Position numbers and translations under genes: made by a program. A DNA stretch of 64,000 nt, taken from positions 1,312,001 through 1,376,000 of the forward strand of contig OY970325.1 in assembly GCA_963717145.1 (NCBI GenBank), in the 5' to 3' direction. How positions within the stretch are numbered: the first letter of the stretch is position 1; every line of letters starts with the position of its first letter. This stretch comes from an uncultured Armatimonadetes bacterium. GTDB lineage: Bacteria; Armatimonadota; UBA5829; DTJY01. Below the pieces are notes generated by a model, which did no database searches, was not told the origin of the DNA, and saw nothing but the letters and a program-made list of their open reading frames with translations. Positions 12,478-22,507 of this stretch are shown here, in pieces.

Positions 12478-12592
12478 GGCAGGATGACCTTCGGAGTGCG
12501 GTGGCTCGACACCGCCTTTTGCGGCTGTGGAATTCGGTGACGTGCCCCGGAAAGGCGGTGTCGAGCCACCGCACTCCGAAGGTCATCCTGCC
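12478..12592. repeat. REP-like element, TGGAGTGCG family, perfect 42-bp inverted repeat
   Basis: 12478-12519 is the exact reverse complement of 12551-12592. Confidence 0.9.
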
Positions 12593-12595
12593 TGG

Positions 12596-12913
12596 TCACT
12601 CGTCCTCGATCTCATCGAGCCCGTTAGGGGAATAGCTGAACGAGCTGGTCTCCTCGCCTCGGAAGACGGTCACCAGCATTTCCTCGCGCTCGAAACTGGG
12701 CAGGTAGGAGGAGACGATGTCGTCGTCAATGGCGGCAAGGAGTTCCTCTTCCTCCGAGAGCGTCACGTCCACCTCGAAGATCATGGTTACATGGACCGTG
12801 TAGTGGGCGTAGTGGACGTGGATCTGTCCCACTCGGCGCTCGCCCTCCCACACCACATATATCTCGGAGGATACAGTTCTCACCAGCCTGGAGAGCTTGA
12901 AAGTATCGGCCAC
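12596..12913 (-). CDS. Small acidic hypothetical protein
   Basis: 105-aa ORF with GGAG RBS and GTG start; protein-like composition. Confidence 0.75.
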   Translation of the reverse strand: MADTFKLSRLVRTVSSEIYVVWEGERRVGQIHVHYAHYTVHVTMIFEVDVTLSEEEELLAAIDDDIVSSYLPSFEREEMLVTVFRGEETSSFSYSPNGLDEIEDE

Positions 12914-13090
12914 CGCAGTCTCCTTCTATCAGTCATTCCCAACTCCAAAGATTATACGGCTTTCCGGCCATCTGCGCAAGGAATTCGGAGTTGGCGCCGC
13001 GATCGTTCTGAGTGTGCCAATACGAGTTTTGTTTTCCGAGGCCGTGGGTAATCGATACACAGGTCATCAGTGGCCGAAAGGGGTTGGACG

Positions 13091-13453
13091 ATGGAAGTCT
13101 GGCAGTTACTGATAGCGATATTCACGGGCATAATCGCCCTTAGCAACCTTTTGCTCCTCGGCGCAATCGCGTACCTCGCGTTCACCGTGAAGAACCTGCT
13201 GACGGACTCGGTTCAACCGGCCATATGTGAGGTCACTGAGACCATTAAGACCGTGAACGGGATGGTCGAGAGAGTGGAGCAGAAGGCTGAGAACATACTC
13301 GACATCAGCGAGGAGACCGCTCGTCGAGTTTCCGGATCTGTCGTTGCGGCAACTGACCTGGTTCAACACAGCGTCGCCGCTCCGTTTATCAATCTGGCCA
13401 GTATCATGGCAGGCGTTAGCAAAGCTGTAGAAACACTCAGGCGATCCGCCTGA
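13091..13453 (+). CDS. DUF948/YoxC-like membrane-anchored coiled-coil protein
   Basis: N-terminal TM helix plus heptad-like region; precedes a YtxH gene. Confidence 0.7.
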   Translation: MEVWQLLIAIFTGIIALSNLLLLGAIAYLAFTVKNLLTDSVQPAICEVTETIKTVNGMVERVEQKAENILDISEETARRVSGSVVAATDLVQHSVAAPFINLASIMAGVSKAVETLRRSA

Positions 13454-13469
13454 AAAGGAGGTATCGAAA

Positions 13470-13838
13470 GTGGCTCGTAAAGGAAACTTCATTCTCGGAA
13501 TAGCCATTGGCGCTGCAGCCGGAGCGCTCACGGCGCTTCTATATGCTCCCCGGCGCGGCGATGAAATGCGCGGGGAGATCAAAGACAAGGCACTGCAGGC
13601 CGGCTCCAAGGCCAAGGATGTTTGGAGCGACACGAAGGATCAGACTACAAAGCTCGCCGGATCGGTTGCCGACCGCTCGAAGCAGGTGGTGGAACGAAGC
13701 CGGGAAATGATCGGTAGCGGTGCGTCCAGACTTCGCGGGGCGATCTCGTCCGGACGCGAAGCCGCCCAGGAAAAGCGCGAGGAACTCGAGGCCGAACTGG
13801 ACCGAGAAGAGGAGATGATCGAAACGCTCGCGTCGTGA
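13470..13838 (+). CDS. YtxH domain protein
   Basis: FILGIAIGAAAGALTALLYAPRRGDEMR motif. Confidence 0.9.
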   Translation: MARKGNFILGIAIGAAAGALTALLYAPRRGDEMRGEIKDKALQAGSKAKDVWSDTKDQTTKLAGSVADRSKQVVERSREMIGSGASRLRGAISSGREAAQEKREELEAELDREEEMIETLAS

Positions 13839-13871
13839 TCAATCCCCCTGGCACATCGCGAGGTTGTTGAT

Positions 13872-13903
13872 GAGGCGGGCCTATGGCCCGCCTCTTTTCG
13901 TTT
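13872..13903 (+). terminator. Intrinsic terminator
   Basis: gaggcgggcc-tat-ggcccgcctc followed by ttttcgttt. Confidence 0.75.
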
Positions 13904-13978
13904 GCCACTGTAGGGAACGGCCGCGGCCCCATTTCCGTGGATGGCGGTATCCATCCAACTGAGCGCAACAGCGGGCGT

Positions 13979-15214
13979 TCACTGCGAAGTCTGCCTGGGA
14001 CTGAAATGGTCGCGAACGCCAATGACCTGCGTGACGAACCCGACCGCCATGATGGCCATCGAGATCAGGAAGACGTAACGAATCGGCAAGTCATGGGCAT
14101 GGAACTGAGAGACGATCAGCGCCCCCACAAACGGAGCCGTCGTGCCCCGAATGCCCAGCAGGAACGAATGGAGCGCCTGGTATTGCGACTCCCGGCCCTC
14201 ATCAGCAAGATGCAGGATACTGTTGAAGTAGCTGAGTTCCACCCCGCCCATTGTGAGGCCCGTGATGATCGAAGCGGGCAGGAGCATCCATACGTTGTCC
14301 GACAGGAAGTAGAACAGAGGCACGAAGGTAACCAGCAGGACGTTGATCGCCACCGCCTTGAGTGGGCTGCGCGCATCCACGAACTTCCCCCAGTAGAAGT
14401 ACGACAGCATCCAGATGACCGTCGCCGTGTTCGCGAGGATAGCCACCTGGGTCGAAGTGATGTGAAGCTGATCCACCTGGTAGACAGGGTACAGCGGCGC
14501 GACGATCAGGTTGCCGAACCCGAAGATGAAGACGGATGCCGTGAACCACCGGTAGTTGCGATCATCCCGCAGAATGCACAGCGTCGTCCTGATGAACTCC
14601 CAGGTCGGGGTCTTGCGGTTGTCGGGATGATTCGGGTCCACGGGTGCGGTCTTGACGGTGCCGAATGCAATCGACGATCCGACCCCGATCAGGCCCGCAA
14701 TGGGGAATATGTACTGGAAGCCGATCTTCCCGAGCAGCGGCCCGACGATCAGCGTTGAGAAGAATGTCATCATCGCCACGCCGATGCGTATGTACGCCAT
14801 GATCCGCCCGCGATGCGCATCCGGGTAGATCTCCTTCATCACGGCGGCATAGGCCGGTGACGCCACAGTCGCGATGAGCTGAATCCCACTCACCACAAGC
14901 GCGAACCGCAGCGGCGTTCGGGCAAAGAGCATCAGCAGGAAAAGGAAACGGGCGATCCCGGTTGACCACACCACGAAAGGGAGCTTCCGCCTCCCTTCCA
15001 TCGCGTTGGCATAGAAGAGGGCGAACATATGGCCGACGAACGGTGCGGCTGTCATCAGGCTGATCAACCCGACGCTCGCATGCAGCTTGTCCCGTGCGAT
15101 GAACCCGATGAACGGAAAGATGGCGCCTGTGTAGAAGCCGACGAGCATGCCTCCGATGGCATCCTTCCGATAGGCATCCCTCGCCTCCGCCGGCACCGCT
15201 TTCTCGAAAAGCAA
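13979..15214 (-). CDS. MFS transporter
   Basis: About 12 hydrophobic segments; MKEIYPDAHRGR and WGKFVDARSP loop motifs. Confidence 0.88.
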   Translation of the reverse strand: MLFEKAVPAEARDAYRKDAIGGMLVGFYTGAIFPFIGFIARDKLHASVGLISLMTAAPFVGHMFALFYANAMEGRRKLPFVVWSTGIARFLFLLMLFARTPLRFALVVSGIQLIATVASPAYAAVMKEIYPDAHRGRIMAYIRIGVAMMTFFSTLIVGPLLGKIGFQYIFPIAGLIGVGSSIAFGTVKTAPVDPNHPDNRKTPTWEFIRTTLCILRDDRNYRWFTASVFIFGFGNLIVAPLYPVYQVDQLHITSTQVAILANTATVIWMLSYFYWGKFVDARSPLKAVAINVLLVTFVPLFYFLSDNVWMLLPASIITGLTMGGVELSYFNSILHLADEGRESQYQALHSFLLGIRGTTAPFVGALIVSQFHAHDLPIRYVFLISMAIMAVGFVTQVIGVRDHFSPRQTSQ

Positions 15215-15215
15215 C

Positions 15216-16244
15216 TTACGACAATCCTTTCTCAGATCCGGGCTGTGCCGTCAGCACCTCGATCAGCGCCGCCATGTTCTCAGCGGGCACATCGGACGGA
15301 ACATCGTGCGACGGCGAGGCGATATACCCACCGCCGCGCCCGAGTTCTCGAAGAAGCATCCGGGTCTCGTCGCGCACCTCGTCCGCCGTACCGAGTGGGA
15401 GCAGCCGCTGGACGCTGATTCCTCCGAAGAACGAGAGCTGCCCGTGATAGCGCTTCTTCGTCTCGAAGACGTCCATCACTTCCGGCTGGAACGGGTTGAA
15501 GATGTTGACGCCGATCTCCACCAAGTCGGGCAGGACCGCCTTGACGTCGCCGCAGCAGTGGATCATCACGTACTTGCCCGCCTGATGCACCGCATCGTAC
15601 ATCCGCGCGATCCGCGGCTTGATGAACTCCCGCCAGAGCGCCGGGCCCATGAGCACACCCGCCTGGCTGCCCCAGTCGTCGCCGAACCGGATGCAGTCGA
15701 TGTCATACGTGACCGCGAGCCGAATCCGAGCGAGGTTGTACTCGGTGATCCGGTCGAGCAACTCGTGGGCAAACGAGGGATTCTCGAGCATGTCCACCAT
15801 GATCTGCTCCATGCCGCGCAGAGTCCAGGCCCTCTCGAAGAGGGAGAACCCCATGCTCACCACACGGAACTCGTCGGGATGGCCGGGGACGAATGCTTCA
15901 TACATCTCCCGAACACCCGGGGATTCGGGCGCGGGTGGCTGCCAGTTGCGCAGATCGGCCTCGGGGAGCACCTGGCCCTCGACGTTTCCGATGTCCTTGT
16001 CCACGGTTCGATTCCAGACCACGCCCCACGGATCTCGGAAGTACCCCGGCCTGATCTCCTCCCATGGGCTCTGGCTGTTCAGACGAAGCATGGCAAGGTG
16101 GTCGCCGATATGCTGCTCGAAATCGGGGTCGCCGTAGAACTCGACCATCTTCTCCCGCGCGGGGATCGTGAAGGTCACGTGGTACGGCACTATGTCGGTG
16201 TCTAGGAACTGAATCGCACGGTACACGCGCTCTCTCGGCGTCAT
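15216..16244 (-). CDS. Uroporphyrinogen decarboxylase (URO-D) family protein
   Basis: MTPRERV, FERAWTLRGME, GDDWGSQ, HCCG, GGGYIASPSH. Confidence 0.88.
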   Translation of the reverse strand: MTPRERVYRAIQFLDTDIVPYHVTFTIPAREKMVEFYGDPDFEQHIGDHLAMLRLNSQSPWEEIRPGYFRDPWGVVWNRTVDKDIGNVEGQVLPEADLRNWQPPAPESPGVREMYEAFVPGHPDEFRVVSMGFSLFERAWTLRGMEQIMVDMLENPSFAHELLDRITEYNLARIRLAVTYDIDCIRFGDDWGSQAGVLMGPALWREFIKPRIARMYDAVHQAGKYVMIHCCGDVKAVLPDLVEIGVNIFNPFQPEVMDVFETKKRYHGQLSFFGGISVQRLLPLGTADEVRDETRMLLRELGRGGGYIASPSHDVPSDVPAENMAALIEVLTAQPGSEKGLS

Positions 16245-16319
16245 GGCTGATCGTCTCCTGTTCTGCTCAAAGGATAGCCCCCGCCGCCGCACCGTGTCAA
16301 GGCAAAGCAGACACCTGTG

Positions 16320-16396
16320 ACGCTGTCATTCTGAGCGGAGCGAAGAATCTGTTCCTGGTATTGCCAGATTCTTCGCTCCGCTCAGAATGACAGCGT
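16320..16396. repeat. REP-like palindrome, TGTCATTCTGAGCG family (32-bp perfect stem)
   Basis: acgctgtcattctgagcggagcgaagaatctg / cagattcttcgctccgctcagaatgacagcgt; relative at 60842-60925. Confidence 0.88.
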
Positions 16397-16458
16397 GGGG
16401 AGAACCGCCAGCAGTTGTCGAATATACACTAGACTGATGCACGGAGGTATGAGGGAAC

Positions 16459-17289
16459 ATGATCGACATCCACATGCACATCGGAAGGCTGTACCACTCC
16501 ATGAAGGAGCCGTTCACCGCTGACGACGCGCTCCGATTCATGGACGCGAATGGCATCGAGAAGGCGGTACTGCTGCCGATCGAGAACCCGGAGGAGACGG
16601 ACTACTTCGTCACCACTGAGTACGTATTGCAGGAGGCCGAGCGCCATCCCGACCGGTTCATCCCTTTCTGCAACATCGATCCCAGGCGGGGAAGCGCGGA
16701 TCTATCCACCGACTTCCGCAGCATGATCAGGGAGTACTACGACCGGGGCTGCAAGGGATTCGGCGAGATCCTCGCGGGCTTACCTGTCGACGATCCGCGT
16801 CTGCAGAAGATCTACGAGGCGTGCGGGGAACTCCGCATGCCGGTTGACCTGCATATGGACACCCTGCGCTGCACGGATCAGATCGGCCTCCCCGGTCTGG
16901 AGGCGATGCTCCGGCAGTTCCCCGACACGGTCTTCATGGGCCATGCGATGCATTTCTGGTCGGAGATCGACGCTGATATGAAGGAGGCGGACAAGGGCGG
17001 CTACCCGGAACGACCCGTCAGGGCCGGCGGCACTCTGGTGAGACTGCTCGATACATACCCGAACCTCTATGGCGATCTCTCCGCCGGGAGCGGGTACAAC
17101 GCGATCACTCGCGACCCGGAGTTCGGCCGCCGGTTCCTCGAGGCGCATCAGGACAGACTGCTCTTCGGCACCGATAAGCTGAGGGAGGACCAGGAAATCC
17201 CGATCATCGAGCATCTGCGAACCGTGGGCCTCCCTCACGATGCTTACGAGAAGATCGCCTTCCGCAACGCGGAACGGATACTGCCCTGA
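16459..17289 (+). CDS. Amidohydrolase family 2 protein
   Basis: MIDIHMH, YGDLSAGSG, LLFGTD. Confidence 0.88.
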   Translation: MIDIHMHIGRLYHSMKEPFTADDALRFMDANGIEKAVLLPIENPEETDYFVTTEYVLQEAERHPDRFIPFCNIDPRRGSADLSTDFRSMIREYYDRGCKGFGEILAGLPVDDPRLQKIYEACGELRMPVDLHMDTLRCTDQIGLPGLEAMLRQFPDTVFMGHAMHFWSEIDADMKEADKGGYPERPVRAGGTLVRLLDTYPNLYGDLSAGSGYNAITRDPEFGRRFLEAHQDRLLFGTDKLREDQEIPIIEHLRTVGLPHDAYEKIAFRNAERILP

Positions 17290-17294
17290 GGACT

Positions 17295-18182
17295 ATGAAA
17301 CACTACGCGATTCCGGCTCTCATCATGCTGAACCTTCTGCTCTGCAGCGCACTGACCGCAGCACCATCGAAGCCCGCGTTCACCCTGTGGCAGCTTCCCG
17401 AGCAGACCCACAGCCAGATGATGTCCTACGTCATCCGCACGACCAACGGCAAGGTTGTCGTGATCGACGGTGGGACAGCGGGCGATGCGCCTTACCTGCG
17501 CGGATTCCTGGCCGCTCTTGGCGACAAGGTAGACATCTGGTTCATCTCCCATCAGCACGACGACCACTTCGGAGCGCTTGGAGAGATCCTCTCGAAACCA
17601 GGCGATCTGAGAATCGGGCGGATCTACGCATCGACCCTCGACGACGCATGGATCAAGCAATACGGAAACGAGGGCGAGTACAAGTCATGGATCGGCTTCG
17701 AGCAGGCACTCCGCGGTGCGGGCAAGCGGATCATCCAACTGCAACTGGGCCGCACGTTGCTCATCGACGGTGTGAGCATCGAGGTGCTGGCCGTTGCCAA
17801 CCCGGAGATCCATGCGAACGCGATCAACAATTCCAGCCTCGTCCTGCGAGTCTGGGATGCTTCCAAGTCGATCCTCTTCCTCGGCGACCTCGGTCCGGAG
17901 GGCGGTGAGAAACTCCTCCTCGGGAAGCTGCGCGATCGCCTGGACTGTGACTACGTCCAGATGGCGCACCATGGCCAGAACGGCGTGAATCTCGACGTCT
18001 ACCGGGCGGCTTCACCGTCCTCCTGCTTGTGGCCTACTCCCCGGTGGCTCTGGGACAACAACATCGACGATCGAGGGAAAGGGACCGGTCCCTGGCGCAC
18101 CCTCGAAGTTCGCGAGTGGATGGAGCAACTGCACGTCAAGTCCCACTACGTCTCCGCCAACGGCCTCCATCGCATCGACTGA
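17295..18182 (+). CDS. Secreted metallo-beta-lactamase-fold hydrolase
   Basis: Signal peptide; VIDGG, SHQHDDHFG, LFLGDL, MAHHG. Confidence 0.85.
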   Translation: MKHYAIPALIMLNLLLCSALTAAPSKPAFTLWQLPEQTHSQMMSYVIRTTNGKVVVIDGGTAGDAPYLRGFLAALGDKVDIWFISHQHDDHFGALGEILSKPGDLRIGRIYASTLDDAWIKQYGNEGEYKSWIGFEQALRGAGKRIIQLQLGRTLLIDGVSIEVLAVANPEIHANAINNSSLVLRVWDASKSILFLGDLGPEGGEKLLLGKLRDRLDCDYVQMAHHGQNGVNLDVYRAASPSSCLWPTPRWLWDNNIDDRGKGTGPWRTLEVREWMEQLHVKSHYVSANGLHRID

Positions 18183-18377
18183 TCGGCCACCTGCAGTGCT
18201 TTGCACTCCTGCACGAGACCCCCACAGCACTCCTGAAAACTGCAAGCAAGCTCATGGTTGACATTTCGCATGATCGCTTGTCTCTATCAGTGACCGAACT
18301 AGCGAATATGCACTGCAAAGCGCCGACGAGAGCGCACGAAGGCATATCGGGTTCGGCAGTTCAGGGGGAATGTTGTT

Positions 18378-19037
18378 GTGAAAAAAGCTATTCTTCTGCT
18401 CGTATTGTGTCTATCGGTCGCTGGTGCGAATGCCGCCACTATCTCTTACAGCGATACAGCACCGGCCGGCCTCACTTATTGGAGTCATGTGTTGACGCTA
18501 CCCAAGTTCGACCCGAGTCTCGGCAGCCTTCAGAGCGTGACCTTCCAGTTGGCAGCTCACGTCGAGGGCACCGCACAGTTCGAGAGCCTCGACGCCCAGC
18601 CCGCGACAGTGAACATGACGCTGGGAGCCATCCTCTCGCTCCTTCGACCGGACAACTCGGTGATCGTGACCGCAGCCCCGTCGGTGTCGACCAGCGATAA
18701 CGTGACGGCTTTCGACACGGTGATCGACTTCGCCGGAACGTCCGGAAAGATCTACCCCAACCTGACTGCCGACGCGTCGAACAGCGTCCAGTTTACCTCG
18801 CCGCCCGATGACCTCTCCGCGTACATCGGCGCCGGGACGTTCAATGTCACCGCTACGGCAGCCGGCAACTCCTACGGGAGTGGAGCGGGCAACCTGATAC
18901 TGCTGTTCCGGACTACCCCATCGGCGGCCGCGGAAGTCACCTACGAATATACACCCGTGCCGGAGCCATCCTCGCTGATTGCGCTCTGGTTCGGGGGACT
19001 GAGCCTCATCGGGCTCGCAACAAACAGAAGGCGATAG
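18378..19037 (+). CDS. PEP-CTERM surface protein (choice-of-anchor E-like domain)
   Basis: Signal peptide, LTLPKFDPSLGSLQSV, C-terminal VPEPSS + TM + RRR. Confidence 0.88.
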   Translation: MKKAILLLVLCLSVAGANAATISYSDTAPAGLTYWSHVLTLPKFDPSLGSLQSVTFQLAAHVEGTAQFESLDAQPATVNMTLGAILSLLRPDNSVIVTAAPSVSTSDNVTAFDTVIDFAGTSGKIYPNLTADASNSVQFTSPPDDLSAYIGAGTFNVTATAAGNSYGSGAGNLILLFRTTPSAAAEVTYEYTPVPEPSSLIALWFGGLSLIGLATNRRR

Positions 19038-19071
19038 CCAACGCCTCACAGCCACGAGAAGAGAGAAGATG

Positions 19072-19108
19072 GAAGGGCGGCTGCCAAGTTGCAGCCGCCC
19101 TTCTTACG
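19072..19108 (+). terminator. Probable intrinsic terminator
   Basis: 13-bp stem gaagggcggctgc/gcagccgcccttc after the PEP-CTERM gene. Confidence 0.6.
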
Positions 19109-19142
19109 TTTGGAGTGCGGTGGCTTGACACCGCACTCCAAA
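19109..19142. repeat. Minimal TGGAGTGCG-family palindrome
   Basis: tttggagtgcggtg-gcttga-caccgcactccaaa. Confidence 0.85.
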
Positions 19143-19328
19143 TTCATTTGCCAAGATGGTCGCCCTGGGCGATACAGAATATACATCTGCTTCGGCCCTG
19201 GGTATAAAAAGATCGGAGATTCCCTGATGGATTCGGAACAAACGTGTGACGGAAAGCATCCAGTTTAGTGTATAATGTAGTTCGGTCGGCAGCCGCCGTT
19301 TGTGGGGGCGAAGCATTGGCTACCGAAT

Positions 19329-21626
19329 ATGCGACCTGTCTGGGAATCGGCAGCCAATGCTTCGCCCCTACTGGAGCAATCGGTGCATACCATACCTGAG
19401 GAAGTCAAACAGCATATCGAGGGGCTGACCGACAGCCCGAATATCCGACTATCGGTCGAGAGCGATCTCTCCCCCGACGGCGAAATCGGAACGCAGTGGC
19501 TCGTCTCCACGGAGGACCGGCTCTACGTGATCTCGCCGGACCACGGGACTCCCATCGTCAGCCGCGACCTTACTCTTAAGGATGTGCTTGGCGTCAAAGC
19601 CGAGGCACAGGTGGGAAGTGGCTGCCTGATCGCGAACATCAAGGGCGAGTTCGTGCCCCTGATCCGATACTCGAACGCCATGACCAAGGAATTCGGGTAC
19701 GCGGCGAAGCGCATCGAGGCACTAGCGAAGGGCGAGGAGCCGCCGGTTGCGACTGAAGACGACCGGACTCGCCGGTGCGCGAAGTGCGCATTCCCGCTCG
19801 AAACCGGATCGGACATCTGCCCGAACTGTGTGAACCGGGCGCGCGCTATGAGGCGGCTGCTCAAATACGTCGAGCCGTACAAGAAGCTCACCATCGTCGC
19901 CGGCACGCTCATGCTCGCCAGCCAGGCGATGCAGCTCGCGCCACCGTATCTGACAAAAGTCCTGGTGGATGACATCTTCCGGAAAGCCGAGCCGTTCAAG
20001 GGCAGGGCGCCCGAGGCATTGAGGCTCGATATGCTCCACATGCTGGGGCTGATTGTTCTGGCGTTGATAGCCACCAAAGCTATCGCCACCGTGATGGGGG
20101 TATTCCAGTCGAGGATCACAGCCTATCTGGGCTCGAAGATGATCCACGACATTCGAATGGAACTCTATGGCGCGCTCGAACGGCTGACGGTTGCCTTCTT
20201 CGACAAGCGGCAGACGGGATCGGTGATCTCGCGAGTCTCCCAGGATACCAACGCACTGCAGGAATTCCTGGCGTTCGATATACAGTACATAGCCTCGAAC
20301 ACCCTGCTGCTCATTTTCGTGCTCGGGCTCATGTTCCAACAGAACTGGAAGCTGGCGGCGCTGACCATCCTGCCCGCGCCGTTCGCGTCACTGGCTGCGA
20401 TGCTGATCTTTACTCGCCTGCGATGGGTCTTCCGGCGGGTGTGGCACAGGTGGTCGAAGCTCCACAGCGTGATGTCCGATTCTCTCCAGGGCCTGCGGGT
20501 TGTGAAGGCGTTCGCGCAGGAGGACAAGGAGATAGGCAGGTTCCAGCGCCGAAGCAGTGACCTCGCTCAGGCGTCGATGCACGCGGAACAGACCTGGGCA
20601 ACTCTCCTTCCGATCATGTGGTTCGTGCTCAGTTCCGGGCAGTTCATCGTCTGGTACGCGGGCGGGCGAGGAGTGATCGATTCCGGCCTGACGACCGGCA
20701 CGCTCATCATGTTCATCGGCTGCATCGGGATGCTCTACGGCCCGCTCCAAATTGTGACCCGCATGTGGGACTGGATCGGTCGATGTCTCGCCGCGTCTGA
20801 GCGCGTGTTCGAGATCATGGACTCGCCCCGCGAGGAGTCCGATCCGGATCATCAGGTGCACATCCCGGACATGGAAGGGAGCGTCAAGTTCAACAAGGTG
20901 AAGTTCGGCTACGACAAGCATAACCCGGTCCTGCAAGAGATCGATTTCGAGATCAAGCCCGGAGAGATGATCGGCTTGGTCGGCCAATCGGGCGCGGGCA
21001 AGTCCACGATGATCAACCTCCTCGCACGGTTCTACCTGGCACAGGAGGGCTCGATCGAGATAGACGGCGTCGATATACGCAAGATCAACCTGGAGGACCT
21101 CCGCCGTCAGATCGGCATGGTACCGCAGGAGTCGTATCTGTTCTCAGGCACGATCTATGATAACATCGCCTACTCGAAGCCGAGTGCCACGCTCGAACAG
21201 GTGATCCGTGCGGCGAAGGCGGCGAACGCTCACGACTTCATCGTCGGCTTCCCTGACGGCTATGAGACGCAGGTCGGCGAGCGAGGCCAGTCGCTCTCCG
21301 GCGGTGAGAGACAGAGGATTGCGATCGCGCGGGCAGTCCTGCACGATCCGAAGATCCTGATCCTCGACGAAGCCACGAGTTCGATCGACTCGGCGACCGA
21401 GAAGCAGATCCAGCAGGCGCTGAATCGGCTTGTGAAGAACCGCACGACCTTCGCCATCGCACACAGGCTCTCGACCCTGGCCAATGCGGACAGGCTGCTC
21501 GTCCTCGAAAAGGGCAAGCAGGTCGAAATGGGCACTCACGAGGAACTCGTCAAGAAGGGCGGCGCGTATGCCAAGCTCGTCGAGTCGCAATTGGAGATGG
21601 CCAAGAATATCGGAGTGGGCGGATGA
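19329..21626 (+). CDS. ABC exporter (fused permease + ATPase) with N-terminal extension and CxxC..CxxC knuckle
   Basis: GQSGAGKST, LSGGERQR, ILDEATS; CAKC...CPNC; start codon uncertain. Confidence 0.93.
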   Translation: MRPVWESAANASPLLEQSVHTIPEEVKQHIEGLTDSPNIRLSVESDLSPDGEIGTQWLVSTEDRLYVISPDHGTPIVSRDLTLKDVLGVKAEAQVGSGCLIANIKGEFVPLIRYSNAMTKEFGYAAKRIEALAKGEEPPVATEDDRTRRCAKCAFPLETGSDICPNCVNRARAMRRLLKYVEPYKKLTIVAGTLMLASQAMQLAPPYLTKVLVDDIFRKAEPFKGRAPEALRLDMLHMLGLIVLALIATKAIATVMGVFQSRITAYLGSKMIHDIRMELYGALERLTVAFFDKRQTGSVISRVSQDTNALQEFLAFDIQYIASNTLLLIFVLGLMFQQNWKLAALTILPAPFASLAAMLIFTRLRWVFRRVWHRWSKLHSVMSDSLQGLRVVKAFAQEDKEIGRFQRRSSDLAQASMHAEQTWATLLPIMWFVLSSGQFIVWYAGGRGVIDSGLTTGTLIMFIGCIGMLYGPLQIVTRMWDWIGRCLAASERVFEIMDSPREESDPDHQVHIPDMEGSVKFNKVKFGYDKHNPVLQEIDFEIKPGEMIGLVGQSGAGKSTMINLLARFYLAQEGSIEIDGVDIRKINLEDLRRQIGMVPQESYLFSGTIYDNIAYSKPSATLEQVIRAAKAANAHDFIVGFPDGYETQVGERGQSLSGGERQRIAIARAVLHDPKILILDEATSSIDSATEKQIQQALNRLVKNRTTFAIAHRLSTLANADRLLVLEKGKQVEMGTHEELVKKGGAYAKLVESQLEMAKNIGVGG

Positions 21627-22180
21627 CGGACGAGACTGCTGTTGACCAGATAACCGAGACGAAATGGGAGACCGAGAAGAACCTCGATGAGGCAGCCAGC
21701 GTGCGGTACCTCACGGCGGATGATATCGAGCTTTTCAGCACGCCGGCGGGAGGATTGCGGCTCACGTTGAAGGACGAGAAATCGGTGCTCCGGGTGAAGG
21801 CCCGGCGCTGCTTTCCCTACTCGATGCCCGACAAGTTCATCTCGATCAGGGATGGAGGCGACGGAGAGATCGGCATCATCGCCAACCTGGGTGACATGCC
21901 AAAGGACTATCGGCGCTGGATCCAGGAGGACCTCGACATGCGGTACTACGTGCCGCTGGTGAAATCGATCAAGACGATCCGGCAGAGGTTCGGCGGCATC
22001 GAGTGGCATGTTGATACCGATCGAGGCCCGAAGCGCCTGATCACCAAGGGCGTGCACGACACGATGACCGAGGTCGAGATCGGCCGGTTCGTCGTCACCG
22101 ATGTGGACGGCAACCGCTACGAGATCCTCCTCGACAAGCTCGACCTCCCGAGCCGCGAATGGCTCAACCGGCTGATCTAG
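21623..22180 (+). CDS. DUF1854-like protein
   Basis: ARRCFPYSMPDKFISI, WHVDTDRG, DVDGNRYEI; ATGA-coupled to the ABC gene. Confidence 0.85.
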   Translation: MTDETAVDQITETKWETEKNLDEAASVRYLTADDIELFSTPAGGLRLTLKDEKSVLRVKARRCFPYSMPDKFISIRDGGDGEIGIIANLGDMPKDYRRWIQEDLDMRYYVPLVKSIKTIRQRFGGIEWHVDTDRGPKRLITKGVHDTMTEVEIGRFVVTDVDGNRYEILLDKLDLPSREWLNRLI

Positions 22181-22239
22181 GCCCCCGGATGCTGCGGGAA
22201 TGCTTTTCTTTCCCGCAGCATCGCCACACGCGAATCTAA

Positions 22240-22276
22240 GATCGACCTTGACAAGGTCGATCGGAGGGCGTAAATT
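22240..22276 (+). promoter_or_regulatory. hicAB promoter with a palindrome over the -35 box
   Basis: TTGACA(22248)-17 bp-TAAATT(22271); gatcgaccttg-a-caaggtcgatc inverted repeat at 22240-22262. Confidence 0.7.
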
Positions 22277-22285
22277 GGAGTTAGT

Positions 22286-22507
22286 ATGCCACTGACCGCA
22301 AGAGAGGTGATCCGGGCGCTGGAGCGCGCGGGCTGGCAGCAGACGCGGCAGAGCGGTTCGCATATACGCCTATACAATCCCAAGAAACCGGCAAACAGCG
22401 TTACGGTGTCCATCCATCAGGGGAACGAGATACCCGCCGGGACATTGCGCGCCATCCTGCGATCAGCAGGGCTAACCCCGGCCAAGTTCAAGGAGCTGTT
22501 GAAGTAA
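22286..22507 (+). CDS. hicA: HicA toxin (type II TA)
   Basis: VIRALERAGW, QSGSHIRL, VSIH, GTLRAILRSAGL. Confidence 0.92.
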   Translation: MPLTAREVIRALERAGWQQTRQSGSHIRLYNPKKPANSVTVSIHQGNEIPAGTLRAILRSAGLTPAKFKELLK

